A stretch of 64,000 nucleotides of DNA from NCBI RefSeq assembly GCF_001194135.2, contig NC_068981.1:164016453-164080452 (forward strand). Direction: 5' to 3'. A model generated the notes under the pieces. It was not told where the DNA came from. It searched no databases and saw nothing but the letters and a program-made list of their open reading frames with translations. A program made the translations under genes and the position numbers. Origin of the DNA: Octopus bimaculoides (taxonomy: Eukaryota). This document shows positions 23,297 through 36,385 of this stretch, piece after piece; positions within the stretch are counted from its first letter, which is position 1, and every line of letters begins with the position of its first letter.

Positions 23297-23909
23297 CACC
23301 ACCACCACCACCACCACACAAATATATGTGCATATTGATGCATAAATACGTATGCCTACGTATACGAATATATATAAATTTAAATACTTGCATATATATG
23401 GGCGTATATATGCATGTTTATGTGTGTGTGTGTGTGTGTGTGTGTGCGCTCGCGCATGCATGTATATATGTATATCTGTTTGTGCATATGTGTATGTGTG
23501 TTTCATTTTATGTATGTCTTTCTGTGTGTGTATATATTGCCAGATACATCGATAGAACCAAACGCAAATGTCTGTATGCGTCAGTGTGTGTTCGGTCAAT
23601 AATAGAGTGTGTGATTATTGTCTGATTTAACCAGCATCACTTCTATCTAAAATGGTCACTGTCTTAATCCTTTCTACTTCCATTAGCTTAATGATATAAG
23701 ATATATAAAGATCAAGATAGTTTATTTGCTACCTAAAGCTGCTCTCGCCCGGGTTTGTAATTGAATCAACGAGAATCGACCAACACATGCATGCTTCACG
23801 CTGCAAAATTCGCTGATCATTAATGAGAATAATGGACTGCAATCGACTAGCAAGCAAAGAAGATCACGTTAGCTGACCGACCGAAGAAACTGAAGAGAAA
23901 GTCAGGCTA

Positions 23910-23977
23910 ATGATGATGATGACGATAATGATGATCATAATGATGATGATGATGATGACGACGAAGATGCTAACAAC

Positions 23978-24046
<69 letters not shown>

Positions 24047-24060
24047 TATTATTGTTATTG
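23910..24060. repeat. (GAT)n/(AAT)n trinucleotide array
   Basis: Direct reading. Confidence 0.95.
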
Positions 24061-24649
24061 CCACAAGGGGTGCCGAGGAAGAGACGTTACATGCGAAGGT
24101 TACGAAAACAGTAATAATAAAATAAGCAGGAGAGACAAACAACAAGCAAACTGCTTCGCAAGATTAGATTGTCTCTTTACGTTCAGATCTATTTCTTGTC
24201 AACTCAGCAACGTTAATTTGCCGACATCAAGGGCAATCAGTGTTTATGAGGTATCACCATACACAAGAAGAAAAAAAAATACAATTACAAAATTAAAATT
24301 AAATATCTACTATTCTTTCCGAAAAAAAAAAAGACCAAACGCCATAATAATCACAAACAAAACGTTGACATTAAAGTAATTATATTATCTCCTTGTGACT
24401 CTTTAGTATATGCTTAGAGTCATTATATTTTTATCCAGCCTTATCATAATTGTAACAGATGTATAGAGTTGCAGGATCGCGTATGTTCAGGATGTATATT
24501 TAGTCGTATAAATGGGGTTACCGGAATATCTAACTTTCATAGAGTTTCTATTAAATATATTTCAATAGTTATTTGAAAAAATACTGGCAAGGCAACAGTA
24601 TTTTGTTTTGTAACCATAATATACTGCCATGTAAAACTAAATAACTGCC

Positions 24650-24955
24650 ACTCTGTCGGTTACGACGAAGTGGGTTCCAGTTGATCCGATCAACAGAACA
24701 ACCTGCTCATAAAATTAATGTGAAAGTGGCTGAGCACTCCACAGACACATGTACATTTAACGTAGTTTTCAAAGAGAGTTTCATTCGATCCGATCAACGA
24801 AACAGCCTGCTCATGAAATCAAAATGCAAGTGGTTGAGCACTCCACAGACACGCGTATACTTAACGTAGTTATCAGGGAGAGAGAGAGTTTCATTCGATC
24901 CGATCATCAGAATAGCCTGCATGTAAAATCAAGGTGCAAGTGGCTGAGCACTCGG
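24650..24955 (-). repeat. SINE family C body segment, tandemly triplicated (~100-110-bp unit)
   Basis: GATCCGATCA..AACAGCCTGC...GTGGCTGAGCACTC occurs at about 24683, 24787 and 24896; the same segment is single-copy in the SINE at 49755-50040. Confidence 0.85.
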
Positions 24956-25124
24956 ATCATTTCCTTTTGGCCGGCACATAGAAAAAATAATTTTTTGTAA
25001 CTAAATACTTTCAAATGTCGTATACTGGTAGAATGTGTCATTTAAAACATCATTTACTCTTGGCGTTTTTAAGAAAATTCTTAATTTTCGAAGTTATTTC
25101 GTGTTAAAGTTGTCGTATTTCAGG

Positions 25125-25287
25125 ATGTGACAAGGTTAGCCCTTCGAAATACAGGTATTACTCCTTTTAGTCAGCTGAGTGGACTGAAAAAACGTGAAAT
25201 AAAAGGTCTTGCCCAAAGACATAATGTGCCACCGGAAATCGAACTCACGACCTTACGATCGTGAGCCAAATACCCCTAACCACTCAA
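25125..25287 (-). mobile_element. SINE family C 5' half (tRNA head + CORE-like)
   Basis: CAGCTGAGTGGACTG...CGTGAAATAAAAGGTCTTGCCCAAAGAC...GAAATCGAACTCACGACCTTACGATCGTGAGCC...CCTAACCACT. Confidence 0.8.
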
Positions 25288-25680
25288 CTTCGCGCCTTCA
25301 CTGTCTACCAAATATATTACAAGTGTATACGTCATTACTGTGTGTTACCCTGTGTTAACAGCATTATAATTTCATTGTGAAGGCCATTTGTATAAACGGA
25401 TAGCCAACACAGTTAGATACGACGTTTCCTAAACTATGCGTTATTTACATAGACGCATTTGTTTACGCAACTTGTCACTTGGAGCGCTAGCTCTGAATTA
25501 TATTTAAAATCTATAGAGATAACCTTAAAAATTCAATTGTTACAGTTGTAAGGGGAGATTGTCAGTGAAACGCTTAAGCAATGTCAGGTGAAACGCTATG
25601 AAGGATATTTTGTTTTATCACACTTTACGTCTGAAGTATTTCTGTCAATTTAGATTATTATAATTACAAACAGGAACAAA

Positions 25681-25895
25681 GTGGTGAGCTGGCAGAATCG
25701 TTATCATGCTGGACGAAATGCTTCGTGGTATTTCGTTAGTCGCAACGTTCTGAGTACAAATTGCGCTAAGGTAGACTTTGCCTTTCGTCCTTTCGGGGTC
25801 GATATAATAAGTACCACCAGTTGAGGACTGGGGTCGATGCAGTCGATTCATTCCCGAGTTACCCTTGTGGCTAAAATTTTGAAATAATAATTACA
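25681..25895 (+). mobile_element. SINE family B
   Basis: GTGGTGAGCTGGCAGAATCGTTA...GACTTTGCCTTTCGTCCTTTCGGGGTCGAT. Confidence 0.85.
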
Positions 25896-25991
25896 AGTAG
25901 GAAGATACCTTATAAATGGGTTTCTGCTAATATTTCTGTTAATACCCGCATTATTTATAAGCGTGTATATATCTCTCTCTGTATATATATT

Positions 25992-26915
25992 CAGGAGTTG
26001 GACAAAATAATGGAAACACCTTAAAATTTCAAACAAGTTTATTTTGATATGGAGTAGGACCGCCTTTGGCAGTAATTACAGCTTGAATTCTAAGAGGTAT
26101 GGATTCGTAGAAAGTTTGAATTGTTTCCAAAGGAATTTTTGTCCTTTCTTCAGCTAAAAGTCTCCAGTTCTTGTTGTGATAATGGTGGAGGATATCGATT
26201 CCTTACTTGTTTTTCTAAAATGCACCATAAATGTTCAATAATATTGAGATCTGGAGACTGTGCTGGCTAGACAAGATGTTCAACTGAACTAGAATGTTTC
26301 TAGTGCCATTCAGTAACAACTTTAGCTGTGTGAATTGGTGCATTATCATCTTGAAAGACTGCGTTACCCCCGGAAACAGTTCCGCAACCACTGGATGAAT
26401 TTAAAATGCTTAAATAGTCTACACTATTAATTCTGCCATGAAGGAAAATCATTGGGCCGGCGGATTTCCAAGATATAGCCACCCTCCCCCCGACCATCAC
26501 AATCCTCCTCCATGTTTAACAGTTGGAAGAAGGCATTTTGGGTCAAATGCTTCTTTTGGCTGTCTTCACACGTATATTCGGCTGGTGGTCGGAAATCAGG
26601 TAAAGGATAACATTCTTCCACTGCTCTAGGGATCCATTCTGTAGGTTTTTACTCCATTCTAAGTAGTGGTTTTCTGATTGCAGCCCTCCCGTGAAATCTG
26701 GCTTTGTGCAGCTCCCGAAAAATAGTTTTCGTGGAAACGGGTTCTCGAGGTGATCATTAAGCTCTGCAGTAATTTTGGGGGCTGTACTTTTGTGATCCTT
26801 TCTAACAATTCGCGTAAGAGTCCGGCGGTCCCTATCTGAAAGTTTTGGTGTTCTTTAGGAGTTTTGTTTCGACGAGGAGCTTTTTCCCTCTTTCTCAAAG
26901 GCTGTCATTACTTTC
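25992..26915 (-). mobile_element. Tc1-family DNA transposon copy 1 (right TIR + decayed transposase)
   Basis: Terminus CAGGAGTTGGACAAAATAATGGAAACACC is shared with copy 2. Translation [43 protein letters not shown], and C-terminal RIQAVITAKGGPTPY. Confidence 0.9.
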
Positions 26916-27599
26916 AAGAATTGTAATCCACTATAACTTTGCAATGTGGTTCTTCTTCTCCTCTACAGGAGATATACACGTTCGCTCTTTTGAGTCTGAT
27001 AGATATGGCTTTCTAGTTTGATTTTTTTTTTGCTACTTGCCTGCGCTAACTCTGAACATTAACTCAACCTAACCTCAATGTCTCAAAGTAAACTTTGCTT
27101 GACCAAACTACTAAAAATATCAGCGAAGACTCACTTCACCATTATAAACACAATACTAAATACAAATTCTTTAATAGTCATAAATTTGAATTTGAATCTA
27201 CAAAATAACATAGTTAAGTATTGAAGTATTTGAATATGATAACAAAATTCCGATCACTCTCCTGCTATTTTCAATAATTTAGACAAAAATGCTATCCTCC
27301 GTCCATCATACGCTTGTGTGTGCACACGCGCGTTTTGTGCGTGTGTGCGCTCGCGTGTGTGCATATATGTATATATTTGTGACTTAATGAATATATGTAA
27401 ATACAAGGATCTACACAGTTTGATAAAGATGCTATTAATCGGAAATGTATGCAATTATGCATGATGCATTGAAGTAAAACTTTTATATAAACATGAGTTA
27501 CGTGAATTCTGTTGTGCAATGGTTACGATATAAACACACATGTATACATACACAGACATACACTCTCTTTCGCACACACATACATATATAGGCTTAAAT

Positions 27600-27885
27600 T
27601 CACTCGCACGCAATTATGAACACACACACACGCATATCTACATACATAATTGATACGTGCATACTTGTATATATGCAAACGTTATATTCAATGTAACTTT
27701 CTATTTGGATATGTACATACATACCTATATGTGCATTCATACATAAGTACACAGATACATATATGAATATATATATATATATATATATACACATGAAAAA
27801 TCTTAGATACATATAAGTGTGCCTGTTGGTGCATATATGTATTGAATATACGCACATGCATACATACATATACATATGTACATAC

Positions 27886-27916
<31 letters not shown>

Positions 27917-27949
27917 CATACATCATACAAAGATATATATATATGTATG

Positions 27950-28036
<87 letters not shown>

Positions 28037-29002
28037 ATGCATATACATATTGATGCATTTGCACGTATAGAAATAGAAATATATGAAAGATATACGTTTA
28101 TATACAAGTTTATTTCATACATATGTGCATATATATTTACACAGGAAAATGCTTACACGCACACAGGGATATAGATGGGTATGTGTGCACATATATGTTT
28201 GTGCATATATGAGGGAAAACAAATAAAAAGGTGTGGAATGCATATTCGACAAGGGATATAGCATATGCGTCATAAATGTAAATATGTGCGTATGCTTTTG
28301 AAAGTGAATGACTACCTATGAAAGTTTGTTTATGTATGTATGTATGTATGTATGTATGCATGCGTATATGTACGTATGCATCCATGCATGCATGTGTGTA
28401 TGTATATATGAATGTATATATATATATATATATATATATATGAACTCATGCAAGCAGGCGGGCATGTATGTGTGCATGTATGTATGCATACATGCATGTA
28501 TGTATGAATGTATGTATATATACATGTATGTATGTATGGATTCATCTATGTATCATATAAAGAATAAATATTTTTGTATATATATATATATATATATATG
28601 CATATATTTATANNNNNNNNNNNNNNNNNNNNNNNNNNNNNNNNNNNNNNNNNNNNNNNNNNNNNNNNNNNNNNNNNNNNNNNNNNNNNNNNNNNNNNNN
28701 NNNNNNNNNNNNNNNNNNNNNNNNNNNNNNNNNNNNNNNNNNNNNNNNNNNNNNNNNNNNNNNNNNNNNNNNNNNNNNNNNNNNNNNNNNNNNNNNNNNN
28801 NNNNNNNNNNNNNNNNNNNNNNNNNNNNNNNNNNNNNNNNNNNNNNNNNNNNNNNNNNNNNNNNNNNNNNNNNNNNNNNNNNNNNNNNNNNNNNNNNNNN
28901 NNNNNNNNNNNNNNNNNNNNNNNNNNNNNNNNNNNNNNNNNNNNNNNNNNNNNNNNNNNNNNNNNNNNNNNNNNNNNNNNNNNNNNNNNNNNNNNNNNNN
29001 NN

Positions 29003-29034
<32 letters not shown>

Positions 29035-29130
29035 TTATATATATTATGTATTCATGCATCTATGCATGTACGCAGTATATGTTACTGTAATTATGTATAT
29101 TTACAAATACAGGCATGCATGTTTGTGAGC
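27600..29130. repeat. Extended (TA)n/(TACA)n/(TATG)n low-complexity field spanning a gap
   Basis: Direct reading. Confidence 0.9.
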
Positions 29131-29653
29131 ATGATACATGCATTTCTACTATGATATGCACGTGCAGGGATGCTTGTCTCTGCCTGTTCATTTTATTCAA
29201 CTATGAACATAACTACATATATATATTTGCATATGTGTATGTGGATGAGTCTTTAACTGTCTATCTATCCATCTATCTATATCTATATATTTATATGTAC
29301 ATATATGACTTTCATAATTGCTTGCACACAGTACAGCACACATTTTGCATCAACGTGAACGTATTCTTACAGTTACAGTAATCTCACAGGTGCACAGGCA
29401 TCCAGACATGCATATGAGCATGCACAGTCATACACCCTTACAACCACAGACAGAGACACGCACCTACCCATTTAGCTAGACATGCACGTATGCACCTACA
29501 AAATCAAATGAAATCATACAAAATTACATATAACACTCGTAAACCGATCTAGTCGCGCAATATAGGCGCACACGTGAACTATCAACTGACTCACGCACAA
29601 ACGCTCACACACATGCATATATCTCATGTTTTATGTAAAGTGTAAAAAAACTG

Positions 29654-29687
<34 letters not shown>

Positions 29688-30394
29688 TATATNNNNNNNN
29701 NNNNNNNNNNNNNNNNNNNNNNNNNNNNNNNNNNNNNNNNNNNNNNNNNNNNNNNNNNNNNNNNNNNNNNNNNNNNNNNNNNNNNNNNNNNNNNNNNNNN
29801 NNNNNNNNNNNNNNNNNNNNNNNNNNNNNNNNNNNNNNNNNNNNNNNNNNNNNNNNNNNNNNNNNNNNNNNNNNNNNNNNNNNNNNNNNNNNNNNNNNNN
29901 NNNNNNNNNNNNNNNNNNNNNNNNNNNNNNNNNNNNNNNNNNNNNNNNNNNNNNNNNNNNNNNNNNNNNNNNNNNNNNNNNNNNNNNNNNNNNNNNNNNN
30001 NNNNNNNNNNNNNNNNNNNNNNNNNNNNNNNNNNNNNNNNNNNNNNNNNNNNNNNNNNNNNNNNNNNNNNNNNNNNNNNNNNNNNNNNNNNNNNNNNNNN
30101 NNNNNNNNNNNNNNNNNNNNNNNNNNNNNNNNNNNNNNNNNNNNNNNNNNNNNNNNNNNNNNNNNNNNNNNNNNNNNNNNNNNNNNNNNNNNNNNNNNNN
30201 NNNNNNNNNNNNNNNNNNNNNNNNNNNNNNNNNNNNNNNNNNNNNNNNNNNNNNNNNNNNNNNNNNNNNNNNNNNNNNNNNNNNNNNNNNNNNNNNNNNN
30301 NNNNNNNNNNNNNNNNNNNNNNNNNNNNNNNNNNNNNNNNNNNNNNNNNNNNNNNNNNNNNNNNNNNNNNNNNNNNNNNNNNNNNNNNNNNNNN

Positions 30395-30444
<50 letters not shown>

Positions 30445-30449
30445 TGGGT

Positions 30450-32460
30450 GAGTGGGTGGATTCACGTAAAACTTGAGGGGAAAGGAAAAGAAGGTGAAAC
30501 GAGATAAAAGTATACGAAATATACAAAATATGTGAACACATGAATGATGCAGTCCTCTTAATACTGGTGAACCTCTGACTAGAACCATTCAAGGAACCTC
30601 GCAGATCCAGGATCTCCCTGACCACCGATGGCCCGAGCTCACTCCCAACTGTTATTTATCAATATACTGGACCATGCTTAGAGTAATTCCATTCATCTAA
30701 CCATTTTCGGTACAGTCAGCCACCTTTTAACAAATCCTCTTTTAGGTAGCACACCCTTTTCCATCCTCACTTTCTGTTCAAAGAGCAGCTTTGAATGGAA
30801 ATTGATGTAGGTTCTTGACCGAAGACAAATGTGTGTTCTCTTCGTCCTTTCAACCTCGTCCATCACACAAGTTCTTTCATCATAACAACACAGCTTGTCC
30901 TGGTGGGTAGTAAAGCGACCCTCACAATGAAATCGGTTAATAATCGAATTTTTTCTGCATGTAACAACTGTTCAACAACAACTCCACGAGACAACAATGA
31001 TCGGAATTTGCACTACTGTTTTGTCACTCCGCGCATATATCGGGTAGTCCTACCTGGCGCATTTCGCGCTTGTAGTGTTAACCTCGAACCGGCAGTGCCC
31101 TTCGTTGGGATTGTCAGGCGGGGCATTTCTGGAAGTTATCCATGGTAGTTCTCAGCCCCCAAATCCTCTGAAATAGAGCAGTTATCCCGTCCCTGTCGAC
31201 GTTTAAAGTTTGCCCGAGAATTTCATTACATCACTAGATCTCTATATATTGCTTACGTAGAACTTGTACCGACCACATTTCTTATCTGCTAGAAGTGACG
31301 AAATTCCAGGAACCAAGCGCAATATTAGTTTTTTTTTTCTTGAACCAAGATTACAGTTCCGTGAAAGAAATGAGTTGTAGAAAGGTGTCTCTCAAATGAT
31401 GACCACAATGTCTTACTGTCCAGGAAAAATCTTCGTAAGTTAGTCATATCTATTCAACTACTCTACTTCCATTCACCTTTGTTAAAACTAGAACGCAGTA
31501 CACATTGTATACCTTCGTCTTCTAAATCGTGTGGTACCTAAAGAAGTTGATGAGAGCTTGACCAAAGAGGATAATGCCTGTATTCAAATCATTACAGGTA
31601 AGACTACAACTCAACTCCTTTGGCCATAGCGACCAGGCAGATAAAGACTGGATGCCTTCCTAGCAAAATGGCGTATTAATTTTTACTGTTATTCTGGCTG
31701 ACAAACAGATTTATCTTACATGCTGCAGTAGCTCTAACGTTAACGTGCATAATAGTTTATCACCATGCGCACATCTAGAACAGGTTCACTTCTCTGCTCT
31801 TCTGTTTACTTATCTCTTTTCTAAATTTAAAAGATGCTACTATAGATTTTCTGTTTAGCATGGCCCATCACTTGATGACAGGTCTCGTCGATTTCCGCAT
31901 AAATAGTCTGCTAATCAGGTCTCTGAAATCCTTCTGCACTGAAAAGAACACATTCACTTTCCAGTAACCGGGTCGCTCTCTAGTGGTTTATTCTAAGTTG
32001 ATTGCACAGGTCGCAAATTTGTGGTATGAAACTTTAAACAACTTCCGCTAATCCTGTCTGCTAATCTAGTAAAATCTAAATTTAAATTGCCTGGCTAAGC
32101 AGTTGCAATTTATCCAATTTGGGAAATCAGAATGGACCTGTCAAAGAGTAGAAAGTACGTAAGATATGCGAAGGTTCTGTACCCCTCTCTTATCTCCTCT
32201 CACATAATCACTACAGGAGTTCAAAATGTCATTTCAATCATCAAAAATGTTCTTTAAATGTTCTTTAGCGACCGAAAGGAATCCGACATGGGTGTATACG
32301 GCCACTAATCTAATGAAAGAAAAAAAAACATATTTACATCTGGTCTATGGACGTCCAAAATAGAACCGCTGCACTCCTCGATTTGAGCCGATTGAAAAAG
32401 TTGTAGATCTCGTAGTCACCCAGAAAGTGGCGCGAGTGATTTCGTCTCAGATGTCCTAGT
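30450..32460 (-). mobile_element. Decayed composite Tx1/L1-clade LINE (APE endonuclease part, two ORF2 C-terminal segments, 3' UTR)
   Basis: RLVAVYTP-like and DD*NDIL (GDWNAIL-like) motifs near 32310-32240; PGYWKVN near 31975; EGxxVFICLVAMAK..GQALINFFRYH at 31680-31430; zf-RVT-like MDNFQK..ALPVR and KELV*WTRLK..KVRMEK..FVKRWLTV at 31200-30640. Confidence 0.7.
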
Positions 32461-33051
32461 CTTACTAATGGCTACCATATCTAGATATAGTGATCTAAAC
32501 GACATTGATTAAATACATTTATACTGTCAACTTTCTCTATATTTATTTAAGCCAGAGAAGAGGGAAAAAATAAGGACATAGTCATCCTAGAGTTCTTTTG
32601 CAAAGCCCCTTATACGAGTCCTCCAAAATCCTTCAAGGTGAACTGTATTTAATGTTTTCCATACCATGTGAAAAAAACGAGGTCTCTTCAGTTGGGTACC
32701 GTGTCGAGACCTTTCCCTGAGGGTGAATCTGTAAAAATAAGTGTTATTCCATACACCGACAATTTTATAGGACTTTATCATATAAGATACATGGTTATCG
32801 TTCGTCCGAAACAGCTATAAATTTGAGACTATTACACCATCCCATGCATTTACTTGTATTCCATGCAAATACACTCATTACACCTGCTTTTGTTTGTCTT
32901 CCATTTTTACTTTTATATCCGATCGACGAAGATCGTTCTTATAACCTACTTCATACACCAGAGATGTCCTTCTTGGTTGAAATTTAAGTTTTCGTTTATC
33001 TTAGCATTACTTGGTGACTATCGATAACACGCTCACCTATATACTTCCCAC

Positions 33052-33111
<60 letters not shown>

Positions 33112-35023
33112 NNNNNNNNNNNNNNNNNNNNNNNNNNNNNNNNNNNNNNNNNNNNNNNNNNNNNNNNNNNNNNNNNNNNNNNNNNNNNNNNNNNNNNNNN
33201 NNNNNNNNNNNNNNNNNNNNNNNNNNNNNNNNNNNNNNNNNNNNNNNNNNNNNNNNNNNNNNNNNNNNNNNNNNNNNNNNNNNNNNNNNNNNNNNNNNNN
33301 NNNNNNNNNNNNNNNNNNNNNNNNNNNNNNNNNNNNNNNNNNNNNNNNNNNNNNNNNNNNNNNNNNNNNNNNNNNNNNNNNNNNNNNNNNNNNNNNNNNN
33401 NNNNNNNNNNNNNNNNNNNNNNNNNNNNNNNNNNNNNNNNNNNNNNNNNNNNNNNNNNNNNNNNNNNNNNNNNNNNNNNNNNNNNNNNNNNNNNNNNNNN
33501 NNNNNNNNNNNNNNNNNNNNNNNNNNNNNNNNNNNNNNNNNNNNNNNNNNNNNNNNNNNNNNNNNNNNNNNNNNNNNNNNNNNNNNNNNNNNNNNNNNNN
33601 NNNNNNNNNNNNNNNNNNNNNNNNNNNNNNNNNNNNNNNNNNNNNNNNNNNNNNNNNNNNNNNNNNNNNNNNNNNNNNNNNNATATATATATATATACGT
33701 GTGTACGTGTGCATGTGTGTGTGTAATCGTACATTTATATGCACACACCAACACACTCCCGTTGCGTACATACACATATAAATCTATGTGCCTATCTACT
33801 TGTTTGTTTATATCCCATTGCTCTGTCTCTGTCTCTCTGTCTCTCTCTTTCTCTCTCTCTCTCTATGTGTGCATGTGTGTGTGCGTGCATGCATGTGCGT
33901 GCGTGCGTGTGCGTGTGTATGTGTGTGTGAGTATGTGTGTGTGTATGAATGTGTGTGTGTGTGTGTGTGTGTGTGTACATAGGCACATATTTACACGAAT
34001 TTACACACGGACGCACCCATACACAGAAAACATCTAGCACATGCGCATACACCATAATAGACACACCGACAACACAAATATATAAACACACACACACACA
34101 CACACAGATACAAACATCCAAAAATACACACATACACACAGAGACATACACAAGGATACACACATGCTAGAGAGACTTGAAGAAAACACAATGTTAAAAT
34201 CGTAGAATGACATATCCATTATTCAATATTGTTTCTTTCCCTCATTGTCTTGTTTTCTTTTCTCCTTTCCCCCTCCCTCCAAGTCTTCAGGGAATTATTT
34301 GATCTTAGCTTTGGTAACATATGACAACAAAGACATCTGAATTATTTTAGAATTCCTTAAAAAAAAAAAATCCCTACCACCTGCAACCCGACACCCGACT
34401 CCCACCACCCGATTCTCATTCATCAAGGTAACAGACGTGTCTCACCTTTCTATCTGGCATTGTGTTGCGTCATTTGTTTTTGTTAAAAATCAAATTCTTG
34501 TGATTCTCTTTTTGTGTGCAAGAATGGCCATGTGGTTAGATGTCGACTTCGCAAACTCATGCTTCCAAGTTCGATCGCCACTGCGTGACGCTTTGGATGA
34601 TTGTGTTCTTCTCTAGTCAACATAAACCAGTAAAATGTACAGAAATCTGTCTGATGGGACTGTATCTGCTCTTTGGTAGATACTGGTGTACTTGGAGTAT
34701 GAGCTGCCCGGGTCACCTCATGAGTTTTCACACCCTCCCCAGGGCCGCCGGCTCCACATCTTACTCAAGCATACACAGCAAACTCAAAAGTGCTGTCCTC
34801 CGTAAAAGCGTCACTCGGGTCGGACAGTCCTACTCGTGTTCACCCTAGCTACACTACTGTTGGCTATAAACTCAACCCATGACACCAGCATTTAGCTCTT
34901 AACCACCCTATGCAAGCATTAGTGCTGAATATCTAAAATGAACATTACTTGATATCTTGATGTACTGATTCCTATTCCAGCGACAATAAGTCCTGGTTTT
35001 TCTCTCTCATTTCTCCCATCATT

Positions 35024-35089
35024 CTGACTGCAAACTGACTGCAAACTGACTGCAAACTGACTGCAAACTGACTGCAAACTGACTGCAAG
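35024..35089. repeat. 11-bp tandem repeat (CTGACTGCAAA) x6
   Basis: Direct reading; last unit ends in G. Confidence 0.95.
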
Positions 35090-36103
35090 CTGGTGCTGCA
35101 AATGCATTGCTGTCTAGAATAAGGAAAAGCTGATGCTTACCGTTATGTAGGCGCAAAAATATTTCTTATTTTTTCTCACTAGACAAAAACTCTATATTTC
35201 TGAGGTGCGTGAGATAAAAATAGGGCAAGTTTGTACTTTTCTCTTTGCTAATACCCAGGCTCAACCGAAATATCTATCACTCTTTCCTTCCTTGCTTCCA
35301 TTGTGTCTCATCGGCCAGTCCCCACGTTAACCACCTCTTTCACAAAGACATTCTGATGCATTTTTTCTCATCAACGTACTTTTTGCATATGTCGACACGC
35401 AGTTGCTTAAAACTGGGGAAAAAAAAAAAACTAACCGTATTGATACCACCAGTGTCAGAGGTAAAGTAGACGTCATGAATACCACACCAACCTCTGACTA
35501 ATTCGTTAAAAATGAGCCAAGTGGTATCAAATATCTTCACGTAACTTTCTGTGGTTACTGAATTGTTGAAATCCCACCCGATGCTTAACAGTGATGTCTA
35601 CAATTAAGCGTTGCATAAAACACGGCATTAACTGAATTATTTAAATCATTATGGTAAATATGGGATATAACTCTGGACATATTTCGGTGTTAAGCGTCTT
35701 TGACGAAGGATAGTTTTTAACATATTTTCTTAATGATAGAGGGATCTACAAGACCGTAAATGACTGAGGTGACTGCACAAAGGAAAGCTGCACATGGACA
35801 CTACTGAGATTACAAAAGGCAGCAGATTAGCAAAACCGGTATAGACAGTAATGGATTGGCAGCACCCATAACTTTGCTGTAGGGCCTTCCAGACTGTTGG
35901 GAACAAAAAGAGAAAAACCAGGACACATTGTTGTTGAAATAGGAATCAGTACATTAAGATATCGAGTAAAGTGCCTTATAACACTTAACGGCGTCTCTCT
36001 AGGTTCTGGGTTGAAATCCCGTGGTCCTTCTAGGACGGTCAATAAAATAAAGCATTTCCTAAAGGAAAACCGATTGATTTTGTCATAAATACTTCTACTA
36101 GGA

Positions 36104-36385
36104 GCAGGAGTGGCTGTGTGGTATAAGCGCAGGAGTGGCTGTGTGGTATAAGCGCAGGAGTGACTGTGTGGTAAGTAGCTTGCTTACCAGCCGCATGGTT
36201 CCAGGTTCAGTCCCACTGCGTGGCATCTTGGGCAAGTGTCTTCTNNNNNNNNNNGAGACCGATAGAATAAGTACCAGGCTTACAAAGAATAAGTCCTGGG
36301 GTCGATTTGCTCGACTAATGGCGGTGCTCCAGCATAGCCGCGGTCAAATGACTGAAACAAGTAAAAGAGTAAAGAGTAAAGAGTT
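36104..36385 (+). mobile_element. SINE family A with triplicated 25-bp head, interrupted by a 10-N gap
   Basis: GCAGGAGTGGCTGTGTGGTATAAGC x2 plus a third partial unit, then the family A body and tail. Confidence 0.85.

Noticed and set aside
20714-35089. CRISPR-like or iteron-like reading of the 14-bp and 11-bp arrays
   Set aside because: The units are contiguous with no spacers and sit in eukaryotic repeat context; they are ordinary minisatellites.
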